This document shows positions 25,775-38,800 of a stretch of DNA of 64,000 nt, in pieces. Position 1 is the first letter of the stretch. Each line of letters opens with the position of its first letter. The DNA lies in contig NW_026940638.1 of the NCBI RefSeq assembly GCF_032062105.1, positions 1-64,000 of the forward strand, read 5' to 3'. Made by a program: the position numbers and the translations under genes. The notes under the pieces are model-generated. The model saw only the letters and a program-made list of their open reading frames with translations. It searched no databases and was not told the DNA's origin. Origin of the DNA: Saccostrea cucullata (Eukaryota).

Positions 25775-26025
25775 TTTATATACAGCACAGATCGAACTTT
25801 ACAAACTACCATTAAGAATCAATATTCGCCAATTCTGATGATGTATGCAATTCCAGTGCAGGAAGTGAAAAGTTAAACATCAGAGAAATGCATGTCAAGA
25901 CGATTGATTTAGTATATTGACAAGTAGAAACAAAAAACAGTATGTCTTTATGACGAAACAGCAATAAAATACCATCCTTATCAGTTTTCAAAAATGTTGA
26001 ATTTCATAATCGTATCACATGGGTC
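25775..26025 (-). promoter_or_regulatory. TATA-box promoter, Gly-rich gene copy 3
   Basis: TATATAAAGG at ~25773-25782; exon 1 donor at 25711-25712; upstream blocks conserved with the paralogues. Confidence 0.65.
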
Positions 26026-28129
26026 TCAACAGAGGTTTGACCACTATTATCCGAGAACAATGATACGTTGAAGAATGCTAAATTTTTTGGATCATTGTTT
26101 TGCCAAACATCTTCAAATGGATAGGTGATCTTTTTATTCTTCTAAAAAAAATCATTAATTTATAATTCTTAAAAGTGTTGAAATAAGTTTGTTTTTAATG
26201 ATTATTTTTTTTTAACTTCTCATTGTAAATTAACTGGCATGCTTGATTTCGGTAAAAATCCTTATTCTCCAATTTTGTTATTGTCCTTTTCTTCTGGTAT
26301 GTAGTAATTTTTGTTCCAATAATGTGACGCTAATTTTACTTAAAATGACTATGAATGTTTTCATATTCTTTTCATATTTATTTCGTAGGCTTTTATCCTT
26401 AAGAAACTCGACCAGTATCATTCAAATTAATTGGTGATTACGCAAAAATTATATATGATACGCATCTGAAAAAACAAGAACATTAGAAATTATTTTATTA
26501 TGTTTCATATAATTCATTGTTCGGTATGTCGCATCATATATATCACACTGAACAAATATAATCATTCACTGCAAGAGTTTATTAATATAGTTTCACATGA
26601 CATTTTCAGTTTTCTTTCAAATTTATTTTGAAGTTTCATCAGTCACTATACCATGCACCAAAGCAAGAGTTCTTAACATATCATATATTGTGCAGCAATT
26701 ATATATGTTGAATTTATTATATTATTTCAATGTTATTTATTTATCTATATACCATGGAGCTTTGCATAAATACTTTGTGATTTCGAATATATTCTTTAAA
26801 GTTTAAAGAGAGAGTCCTGAACTTAAGGAGCACTATCTGTAGCTGAATTGATTTTGCCACCCCACCCCTAAAGAACATAGTACACATACCACTTCAACAA
26901 AACGTCCACTTTCGCCATGGCATAGAAGAAAGTTAAACTGCTCTGTGCATCAGTAACCATGGTAAAATTTTAAAAGGCAAGTAAAACAATATAGTTCCCA
27001 AAAGACGTATTATATAAAAGTATTATTTTAAAAAAAAAAAATCATGAAACAATTCAGGAAGAAACGTTCAATGTACAGCTTACTTTTCAATTTTATTTTC
27101 CAGCAATGTTAACCAAAAATAACTTTTTTAAATGTAAAGTACAGTTAGCTTTTTAATGATCTTTTGGTTTTCGTTCAATAGGGTGTACCATGAAGAAAAT
27201 TCATCCATATTGATAGCATTATTTAAGTCTAGAAGAAGTATTTTATTCATAATATGCGTAGAAATTTATACAATGAACATTGATTGAACAGCAGGTAAAA
27301 TGGTCTGTATGAGTTCTCTAGCTCGATCAATGTACAAAATCCGGACGCGGAAGTATGTATATTCTAAATCAAAGAAAAGCATGTTTCATTTAAAAAATAA
27401 AAAAGAAACAAATATTTTTGTCTTCTTTACGCAATGAAAAGGAAATATTTCAATAAAGTAACAAGATTTGAACTTTGTAATCATTTCAACATTATGCTTG
27501 TGGGTTGTGAGGAAATACCTACTTATCGCAGTGATAATTTTTGTTCCATAATCGGTACTGTGGTTTTCCATACATAAATAGGAGATTATGCTTTGGGGTG
27601 ACGGCAGTTTATATTCAATTGTTATATAATTCAAATGACAATCATCTGAATCTTTTTTAACTTTGATTTCCATTGCTATTTTAACATCGGTGAAATTTAC
27701 CAAAGGATGTGGAGAAATTCTATTTCGACAGTACCACTACACTTATGAACAGAACCAATACCGACCGATGAGAACTTCAGAACTGGGATTAGGTGTTGTC
27801 ATTAAGTCTTAAAAATAAAAACTTCTGTCATGAAAAGTGTAAGTACCAAGTGTGTTTTTCAAAAAAGAAGAGTTTAAATTTTCGCTTTAAGCATTTTACT
27901 TGCACAGATATACAATGCCAATTAAAATAAATACTTTTTATGCATATTATTTATAATATATTTATGAAACTTTCATTCATATGCCGACTTTGTGGTACAA
28001 ACATAACTACATAGCATATGTAAATTTCTATCCTCCTGATATATTTTTTTCTGGAAACATTTTAGTTGTGAAGAAAGGAGATGGGATACAATTCTATTGT
28101 AAATTGTTTGTAATACATGTACTTGATGA

Positions 28130-29400
28130 AATATGGAGATAAAAAACTATAATAAAGTCCATATGTTCAACAAAACAACATAAATCTGGAGCAGAGCAAA
28201 TACGGACCTTAAATATCATTAGAGGTAGAATGTGCCATGAAGAAGGAAACGTAACCACCGATCAAACCTGCTTTGTGCTCCTTGTCAAGGTCGGGCATAC
28301 TAACTATGCTGTATAAGTAAGGGGAGTTAACGGCGCTAGAAAAGTTATAGACATCACGTTTATCATAAAGTTTTGTTGTTTTTTGCTGTTTGTCGTTTTT
28401 CCTAATAAAATATCCAAATATGAAACAGACTCTGTAGTATCTTTTATTTCAAATTCTCTATGAATATATGAAGTCGGTATATTAATGACAGTAACCATTA
28501 TTCATTGATAATATACGGCGTCGATATATCTATATATATAGGTGAAGCTGATTATGCAACAGTAGGTGTTTTCGTCTTCTCTGACATGCTGAAGATTTTT
28601 TGAAAAACCCCTTTCAAATGAATACAAAAATAGGTCTGGTTATACATGTAAAGGGGCGATTTTTGTATCCATGGGAATTGCGAAGAAGTGTAGGAGGACC
28701 TAATTGTCAAAAAGTTAATAAAACATTGTCAATCAGGTGTCTGCTTTACAAAGAACATACGACTTAGACCAAACACTTATTTCTGTTTAAAACTGCTATT
28801 GTAAATATAACTTACAACACATTCCTTTTCAAAAGATAAAAACCATTGTACATAGAGTGTTAATTAGACAGTTATATGTAGAATTAAGTTTGGTCTTGGT
28901 CGTAAGTTCTTCTATAAAACGTGTCCCAGAAACTCTTCAAAGTATTTCTATTTACAATTGAAATGTTTTCTAAAAAAGAATTTTGCAAATGACAAGGTAA
29001 ATAATTTATCAGTTTCATTTTTCTTGAAAAAGCAGCTTTCTACAAAATCCATAAGTCTGTACTAAAATATGTTGAGGGAAACACTTTTACAATTTAAAAT
29101 GTATTTCAAATTCATATGTTTTTTGTACATGTAATTTATAATTTCAAATTTTGTGATAAAGCTCATTGGAGTTTTAAAGTATTCACATCTGACCACTTTT
29201 CAAACATATATAACTAGTAACGAACAGTACTCCTGAAGTTTCTCCTTTACTGTTATTTATAAAAAAAATTAGAAAAGGGTATAGCAAGGAGATTGGTAAA
29301 ATATTTACTGAAACCCGCTGTGTAAATTTATATTTAGGGTTTTATGGCACTCACGAATGCAGTATGGTTTGTAGATTTTTCAAGACGCCTCTGAAATCAA
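28130..29400 (-). mobile_element. Degenerate Penelope-like RT
   Basis: Minus-strand relics of IPMDTK.AP, RYIDAV.SMNN, EIKDTTESVSYLDILL and the upstream HKxPxxxxFxAG region. Confidence 0.72.
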
Positions 29401-29504
29401 AAGAGACATACTGGGTTCTATTCTTTAAAATTTACAAATTAAATCAACTTTCTCCTTGAAGATTTTGAAACACTGTTCTTGTGCTGTTAAAACACGCACA
29501 CCCT

Positions 29505-29870
29505 TGATTCACTCAAAAAAAGTTTCACAAACTCCTAAAATATCTAACTATTGCCGGTTTTAGCAACAGTTTAATTTCATCAAATTTAGGAAAAATATGA
29601 CAAATGTTTAAATTTCCAATAGTAAACCTTTTATCTCAATTCAAACCCTGGGTCTTTATGTGCTTGTGAAGTATAAATTTGGTTACTGGTCACAAGAACC
29701 GGATTTTTGGTTTGTGAAACAGATTTTAATGTGCTTTTCTTAGGAGAAGTAATGTTAGCATGTTGTATAACTGAGCTCTCATCACTGAGAGAAGTTTTCA
29801 CTTTGTTCAAGAGAGTTTTATACTTAATATATGGTTTTCTAGGCAATTCAAATTTAACAGATGTATTATA
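29505..29870 (-). mobile_element. Fragment of CR1/L2-type LINE ORF2 N-terminus (APE endonuclease start)
   Basis: Translates FTIGNLNICHIFPKFDEIKLLLK-fs-LDILGVCETFLSES, the typical APE motif I/II of CR1/L2 LINEs. Confidence 0.65.
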
Positions 29871-29970
29871 AATAAAGTTGTTAGTGTGATTTAAACAAGA
29901 ACATCGAAAATTGTATCAAAATAAAACAAAGTAAGATTATCAAGATTATAACATTTAATCAAAATTTTAT

Positions 29971-30030
29971 CTGTATTAAGAGTGGCCGCCAAGTGTTTGA
30001 TAAACAGGAGACAGACTTTACTTTTAGTAT
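29971..30030 (-). pseudogene. Decayed signal-peptide exon of a fourth glycine-rich gene copy
   Basis: Aligns to exon 2 of the paralogues (ILK-fs-VCLLFIKHLAATLNT vs MLKEVCFLLMATYVAATYNT). Lesions: ATG>ATA, a frameshift and donor GT>AT. A TATATAAAA box lies upstream at ~30318-30326. Confidence 0.6.
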
Positions 30031-31806
30031 GAAACAAAAAAAAAAATCAATACTATATATATAGTTTTCATTTGTTGAAGTATATAAACATTTATTATCA
30101 AATTTCATGAATCAATTACTAGTATTTTACTTTTTCCAAAACAGGAAAAAAAATGAAAGAGTCAGTTTTCGCATGTTTGTTCAAACAAAGTTTTTAGGAA
30201 GAAGTGTACTAGTACCTTTTCGGTACCTTCTGAAAAAACGCGAATTATTGACATATAAAAAGAGTCATATATTTTCGAGACTTACGCAACATTGATCGTG
30301 GTTCATATGTTCCAAAATTTTATATAATCACATGAGGAAGTCAGATCTGAGCATTGCAGTTTGAATGCTTACTACCTGTAGTTTGTTTGATGAACATAAA
30401 GAGGCATCTCTTTGTAATGTTGTAGCCTTTGTTTGATTATGCTAATGGTGTGTCAAACTAACTACGACCTGTGTTTAAAAGTTTGAACAGAGATATTACA
30501 CCGTTTAATATGGATTATGAGTCAGACTATTGTAGTTTCTTGTATATTCAAGACATTACCCTATACTGTGTAAAAATACGAATAAAAAAAAAACAAATTT
30601 TAGTTTGTGAGAATTTTTTAAATGCTTTTGAAGTCCAAGAAAGGAAAATAGAACCGAAGTGGAATCCAGATAAGTCAAATTAAAATAAAAAAAAATTGTT
30701 TTAAATCTTTTTAGCCTCCACTTCAAAATTATGAATTTTTAAAGATTTTTAGCATTAAGAAACACTGTTCAAAGTAGTCCAAATCATTGACAAGACCTCT
30801 GCATTTTTCTTACCAATAGAGATGTGACTTAACTAGTTTGCTGGGAATTTCTTTTCGGTCAAGATATTGTGCTGAATGTATCTTATTTATGTTATGGAAA
30901 GGGGTGGATGGATGAAATCGCACACACTTTAACTGTCAAAAACATGACTTTTGAACCGAACCTACTAAAATCTTACCAATCATAAATTGTTTTTGAAATT
31001 TGTTTTTTTTTTTCGATCATTAAGAAGCATACTTTTATATGGTAAGTGAAAAAGCTAGAAATTTTATTAAGCTTATAGATGCTCTCTTTATTAAAACTGT
31101 AAATCTGAATATTAAACATCAGAAAAATCCTTTGCATTTATTTTTAACTTGAAATCTTACTACATAAATATGTAAAGAAATATGTTTAACAAGGGTTAAC
31201 ACGATGTTAATTTAAATTTTCATTATTTAAAGTGCCAGAACAGATGTTTCAACCTATGTTCGAGGTGCCAGAACATTTGTTCTCAGATGTTTTGACCTCA
31301 GTTCTAGGTGCACGACTTGTCTGTCACTAGCACAGACGATTGAATGTCATGCATTTGTTTTAATTAGATCACGGTTCACATATCTTGTTCTTTTGCAGTG
31401 GAAGTCAGAAGCAAGGGGAAATGCATGTATAAGATTAATTTTGAGAGGCATCAGTGACAGCATAAACTCAAAATACTTGTAGAGAGGGCTTTCTCAGACG
31501 GCAGTGATAGCAACAACAAAAAAAACCATACCCAATATACCATAAGCAATGTTTTCTATGAAAACGAAGTAAAGATGTGATAAGACAATGTGTAATTAGA
31601 AGAAACAATTCTTTAAGCATTATGTAGCAATTTAATAGTATTTAAATTTCAGAACTTACCTCTATAAAAAGTTTTTTAAATAATTTCAAGGCAGATTAGA
31701 TTTTGTTATAGAAATGGTTGTGGTTGTGAGGAACCATCACAGCACCTGGTAGTTCACAGGAAAGGTAAAACGTATACTATACCTTGTACTTCATAAAGTT
31801 ATTTAA

Positions 31807-32566
31807 GGGGGCCGACTATAGTTTTATTGTGTGAAAAATACTATAGCGAAACTCTTCATTTTTATACCATATGTAACTTACATTAACTTCCGTGTACATG
31901 CAAAGTTTGGGGGAAATCTACCGTCCAGGTATTTTTGAGGGACCGTCTCAAAATACAGGTACATTTACTATAGGATTATATAGGAAAATGCCAATTTTTA
32001 GCACTTTAAAGCAAATTATACAAATACTATAATAGACATTTTGTTCAAACTATATTAATTGATGAGTAATACTATATTATACAATATATGTAAGAAACAC
32101 AAAATTCTATCGTCTTGTTACCAGAGGGGACATCTCAAAATGCAAAAAAAAAAAAAATAGAAATTTTACTATTTTTATAGAGTATTACTAAATATGACGT
32201 ACACAATGGATTCACATGAAAACATAATAAAAATATTGGAGGATATTCTCAAATTTCTATGTTTTAAATTTCAAGAGCGTATATTTATTTCTTTTTCTTT
32301 AATAATATTTTTATTACCCCTTTCTTTAAGAGCTACAGATTATCAAAACGTCAAAAACACACTGCAACGACGTCAACCTACCTATCAATTGCAAAATCGA
32401 TTAAAAAATCAGTTATATCAAATTGTAATTACATTTTTATACCTATAATTTCTTAATTTTGTTTAATTGTAATTATTAAGCGAAAAAAGTTGCATTCAAA
32501 CAGTTATTACGCTTCATTTTACTATGATGCGCGAAATATTGCGCAATGGAAACTAGTCGGCCCCCC
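31807..32566. mobile_element. Kolobok-like MITE (TTAA target)
   Basis: TTAA-GGGGGCCGACTA ... TAGTCGGCCCCCC-TTAA. Confidence 0.8.
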
Positions 32567-35500
32567 TTAATTACAACTCTTTGAATAGATACGAGCGCTT
32601 ATGATTAAGGATCTGGTTGAAGCAAGAGACTATTTAATTCGAAAGATGAATAATATTTTTTTCTGTTTTCAAACAATTTTGGTTTCTTTGTTAGACCTTT
32701 CAAACTCTGTTGAGAAATAAAAGTCACCGAGTGTTAAAATATCTAGAATAGTTGTATCTGGATAGAACATGTGGTGGTCACAAAGCATATTTGCGACATC
32801 TTGCAGATGAAAGGATTAACGGAAGCACTACCTTTAATCAATTTTGAGTGACAAAGATGCAATGCCTAGCCTATGTGTACAATAGTTGAAATAATAATTG
32901 ATATATTTTAAGCAAAATTTTAGATTAGATATTTTTCTTTCATAAATAAACACCACTATGAATTTTATAACATATGTGTTAAAGGCAAATATCGTCTTAA
33001 TTTGTATTGAGGGAAATGTTCTGACTGGAAATGCGATGTTAAATCTTTCAATTTTTTTTAATCAGGAACAATGCTAGTTCAAAACTTGAAATACATCAAA
33101 ACTTTTATAAATAGAATGAAAACTACTGTGATTGTTTAGTGTTCTTTCCAATTTAATATTTCAAATATCTACACTGATAGGTCTGAAACAATTATGGTAC
33201 ATGTAATCAGCTTAAATTTTTATTATTTTCGTTTGAAATCCAACTAAAGAGCTAAGAATTGTTTCTTTTCTCTGATTCTGTTGTCATTGTAGTTATTAAT
33301 AGTAAATAAATAATAAATGTACTATTAATAGCTTAGGATGCTTTAAATTATTAATTTAATTTGAGAACACATTGAATACAATGAAAATTATGCAAAGGAT
33401 ATGTCTTTTTTAACGTTTAATAAAATTTTATTCATGGATATATCATATTCTTTTTTATAAACGAAAGTAGATAAATGTCTACATTTCCTATTTTTGGTGA
33501 AGGGGATTTTTGTTGCCCACCTCTATTAATAACCCAGTTCTTTGAAATGTAAATAACAATGAGCCGAAACTTAAAACTGGGAGGCGTAAATTTATGTTCA
33601 ATATGTGAACCACTGTGCTTTTTGTAATACAGGTTCCATGGGATCCGAACGTAAAAAACGTAAGTAAGCACTAGGTACCTGTAAGATATTTATAGATTTC
33701 GGTTTAGCGGTATTAAACTTTTTATATACACAATGATTCTCTTAGTTCAAAAATCTTATTAAGACGAATTCACTAATATAAACAATAGTTTACAAACCAC
33801 GATTTAAAATTTTTGTCACTGTAAATAAATATTCTATTTTAAACATTAATAGTGAAATAGATTTACAATGATTCAAGAATATTAAATACGTGCTAATATA
33901 ATTTTTAATATCATTAAATTTCACTCCATTTTAGGGTATGGAAGGAAATGTGATAAGTTAATTTAAATATTTTCCCCGAGTTGTAATTATTTATGTTGAT
34001 TGTGAGGGATATCAGAGCGATATGTGTCAAAGTTAATAAAAATATCAATATAAAGTAGCAAAGTGTCAAGGAATTTTACTTAAGATTAATAGTAAATATC
34101 TGTTTAGGGAAAGCATATCAGATTTATTTCCCTTTCAAAAGGCAAGATAAATGGGAGTTAATGTACCCAACTAAAATGAAAACAAACAAGGGATATGTTA
34201 CTGAATTCTTATCTTTCAAATATTTACTACCTTTTTGACACTGTAAACAGATTAAAATTTAAAACACAATGCTTAATAACCATTTGCCTGCATTTGTTAT
34301 CTCATTTTTATCATCATAAACTAGATTTGATACTAAAACCACTTATGACAAATCAGGAATTTTTATGCATAAAGCGACATGTCATAAGTACGACCCACTT
34401 TAAACTTCTGTGCAAGTTAAAAGTTTTTTGAACGAGTGCCAGTTATTAAGTATCGTGACCAGGAATTTAATTCTCCAGAGACAAAAACTTAAAGTTACGG
34501 AAGATTGCTGGACAATTGCGGGTTAGACATTAGAACCCTCAGCGGGTACACGAGCCCTGGGGATCCTGTTGTGTCGTTAACCAGGACAAGTTTAATCAGG
34601 ATCGTATGGTATACATGCTCTGTTGATCGGGTGATTTAAAACTTGGAATGTATTTTGTTTGAAAAAAATGTGACCTTAAATCGACGTCCTCGAAGGAAGT
34701 TTTAGTAAACATTTATGTCACGTGACTCCTAGATAAAAAGTTTATGTGGCTACCCGGAGAGTGAACAGAATAGGGTGTGTAATCACAGGAGATAGGGGAC
34801 TACACCAGAGGAGTACCACAACAGGAAAAACAACACAGGATTTCAAGATCACTGTATTTATTTAACTTCCTTGTTTTACAACGATGTTACAGTACTGTGT
34901 GAAATGGATGGATTTGTGAAAAAAAAGTCAGGAGAAATATAATTTTTGCATCAACCTGCAGATCAGATTACAATTTTAAGTCTATGATGAATCTTCAGTA
35001 GTCGACTGTGACATTTCTGCAGATCTACTTTATTGAAATTGGAGACATTTAAATTAGTTACCTCCCCCTTAGTACAGTAAGTATCTGTGCACTCAATCAA
35101 GCTGTTATCTTATCTTCAGACCACGGTCACCAGACATTTGTAATTTGGAGTCAGGCCCACGTTACGGGAGTTTGCAGACCCTTTGTACAGTGAAATGGAC
35201 CGATCATCTAATACAAGTATGTTATCACGTCTTTTTGTTGTACTAACGGATAAACTGAAGGAGTAGTCACATTTTTAAGGAAGAATTGTGAAGGAGGATG
35301 AAAGCTGTAGCTGTTTATATATGTCCAGATACACTTAAAAACGACAACAAAGGTTCTAAAATGTGTTAATTTAACAAAACGGTACAGCACACAAAAATCA
35401 ACAACAGAAAACGTGTTTACAAAAAAATCACGTTATCGGCGACCCCGATGTATTTATCATTGTACAATCCTGATAAGGGAAGGATGCACTTGACAATTTT

Positions 35501-35841
35501 GTAGTTTGGTGTGATATGGAAATATAATCTACGATTTAATAAAAAATAGTTTGCTAGCAATAGCTTAACAGAAAGGGTATACTAGATATACCTTTTTACG
35601 ATTGTGTCAGTCTATGGTTAAAACTTCAAGGTATGGTTACTAGCTTTACAGTTCAATTCCCTTATATGATACAACACTTATAAAGTATGTATATGAAAAA
35701 AATCAGATTACTCTCACCAACCAAAGTGGGGTGTCAACATTGGAGAAAAGTAAAGTCACAACCAGTACTCTCTCTAATTGCAATGCGCAAGGAATTATCA
35801 TGCAGATTTGTTCAGTAACCTTGTCTTGTTGATTTACAGGT

Positions 35842-38800
35842 ATGCTGCACAAGGTGGAATTGAATAGCCTCGATGTATCGAACTTGTTGTGGGATATGCA
35901 GAAGACATGTGTTACAAATGAGGACATAGAACTGCTGTGGGAAATCAAAAATGTCTGGTTGGTCCGGAACAAGGATCTGGAAGAAAGATACGAAAAGAAA
36001 CGCAAATTAATGAAGACTTTGGTATAAACACGTCCTTTGTTCCCTGTCTGATTCTACGTGTATTTCAGCCTATGTTATGTGACTTACGCGTATTTTTTTT
36101 CTATTGTAGGAAAGATCAGACGAGCAAGTACAGGATGACTTGCTTTTTATGGCAGAAGGATGGAACAACGTTCACAAAATTTGCAAGTATGGACCACGAT
36201 GTCAGGAGAAAAAGAACAATGTACTTGGAGACACACAATATGGGATTCACATGAACAGGCATTACGATATCTTAACACGATTCATGGCGTTCAAGAACTT
36301 TCAACAAGCAAACTACATAGTAGTTCTAAGGGTATTTTTTTTTTAAGAAAAATCTTTAGTCACTACTTAGCTGGTATCTTAATGTTTCATTTCTACTTTT
36401 CCAGTGTTCTATAAAAAAACTTCTTGCTACATTACAGGCAATGCTTGGACGCGTCAAGAAAGTGAAACCTTACTTAACAGGGGAATATGGCTGTATAGCA
36501 CCAACACCAAATTATGACTCTCATGTTTCCGAGGATGAGCCTGACCTGACAAGCATTGACATCTGCGATGCCATTGCCTACAACTTTGTGAGTAAACGAA
36601 ACTGAGTACATTTACATATCAATTATCAGGGAGAAATAGTTGTTGCAATTTCTCTGTATCTAATTGTATGGCTATGATTGTTTTTTTAGGTCTATATGTA
36701 TGAATACGACGAAGAAACCATTCTTCCTATGGCATATCCTTCACATGTACTCCCTATTGCAGTTATACAGCTGTATCGAACCAGAAACAGACTAATTCGT
36801 CCATTAACATACAAAAGGGAAAGGGATCTTGTAAATAGCAAAAATGTTCAACGTCTTGCTAATGAAACAAAGCCTTTAAAACATTTGCCAAAAGCAGCAC
36901 CATACAAAAAATATATAGTTGAAGGTAGGCGTTCAGGGACAAAACTTATCTCAGATGTACCTATCGAACCTCCATCCCAAAATCCACCATCAGAAACAAC
37001 AAAAAGACTAGAAAAATTCAGAAGAGCTTCCACTATGTCTGGAGGAACCGGTATGGCTCATCTGTTTTACAAACTACCTTTCAACAAAATGCCCCTCTCG
37101 TGGCAGCGGAAGTTTTATTTCAGAAAGAAACCAAGACATAAGCTGTATTCAAAGGGAACATATAGAAGACGTTCAAGATCAAGATCATCAAGTAAAGAAT
37201 CAGATAACAGTCGAAGATTACATTCCAAAAGTACACCACCCAGATCAATTTCACGAGAAAAGAACGTGTTTGAAATTTTCGACAAACCTCTCCCTGACAA
37301 GAAATCCCAGTCAAAAGAGAAGGAAATGACATCAGTAAACAGTGTAAGAAATGAAGGCAATAACACAGGAAATAGACCTATCAGTGGCAGTAATACACCA
37401 ACACAAGATGAACTACACTGTAACAACGAAAATGTGTTTCCAAAGATTGAGATTTGTATGGATTCTGCACCAAATGTCATAGATAAACCAGAAACCTCAC
37501 AAATATGTTTGGAACATAAAAATAGTAATCGGGGGGCGGAGGATAATAACTGGATGAGATCTAATGAGTTTTCCAGTTGCTTTACACCAGAGAGTACAAC
37601 GTCTATGAATGACTCGCAACAAAAGGACACACAAATAGGAAATTCAGCATCAACAAAATCTAAAACATCAGCTATGCAAAATGCTTCAAAAGAACCAAGA
37701 TATCAGCTTGTCAGGATAACAATTGATGAGCCAGATACTCAGAGCATTTATCATGAGTTGAGAGGAATCAAACTACCAAATTGTGATAAAAAGGCAGTGA
37801 AAGACCCAAGGCTACTGCGTGCTATGGGTTGTATCATAGAGAGTCCTGTAATGGCTGGTTTTGGACCATTCCTACGTCGAATCAAAGAGGAACCACCTGA
37901 TGATCAAAGTTATGAAAAAGGTTCAGTAAAGAAAATGAAAGATATTCTTCCCATCCAAGCCATTAAACAGGAACCGGAACCTGAACAAAATGAAGATGAC
38001 GTTGAGAAAGTGTTGAAAGAACTGGATAATGCTATTAAAGCAATTCAGAATGAAAAGGATCAAGAGAATACAAAAACAACAGAATCAACAAATAATGAGA
38101 TTTTGGAAAATGGTAAAAATGCTACTATGGATGATACAAAGTCAGAAAAACAGAACACTTGTGAGAATGATAAAGAACAAGAAAAGGACGAATTCCATCC
38201 AAGAAACATGGGATTCTCCTCCTATCTTCCAGAATACAGTGACACCAGTGACTTTGAGAGGACAGCACGGGTTTTAACTGAGGTGTTTGCTGAGAAGCCA
38301 TTGTCACCAACTAAAAAGTTACCTATGAGCATGTCTGACTACTTTGGCACTAGTAATCCAAACGTCTCTCTCAGTTCAGCAAAGACAAATATTGAACACA
38401 AACTGTCGGATATCAATTCAGATTGTGAAACTACCAGAACAGTAGAAATAATGAAGAGAAATCAGGAAAATGAGTACGACAACACCAGTAAATCAAACGT
38501 ATCTCCAGAGGACAAATCTAAAACCGAAAGTCTCAAATCCAGAACGGAACGAAAACACAACAAAAATAAAGTTTCCTCTGATTCTAGAATGTGCCATCTT
38601 AATATATCTGAAAACGACAACTCAAGTACTGATTGTAAAATCGAAACAAACACAGACAGAGAACTCAGCAGAGAGAGAAGCAGATCAAGATCTCTTCATT
38701 CTTCACAAAAACACAGAAGTCGAAGTAGATCAGAGTCACAAACTAAAACACAAAAAAGAAAATTTAAAAGAAAACGAAGCAGATCTGGTTCTCTCAGTAA

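Noticed and set aside
27386-27703. 105-aa minus-strand ORF
   Set aside because: Non-ATG start, no motif and no convincing splice context.
29631-29846. 71-aa ORF MPRKPYIKY... as the main exon of a fourth paralogue
   Set aside because: No similarity to the Gly/Tyr exon; it runs directly into LINE endonuclease motifs, so it is more likely LINE sequence.
31380-32880. Several exon-like plus-strand segments (e.g. IRALMIKDLVEARDYLIRK; RVLKYLE*LYLDRTCGGHKAYLRHL)
   Set aside because: In-frame stops, missing donors and no recognisable family; they could be pseudogene debris but this is unsupported.
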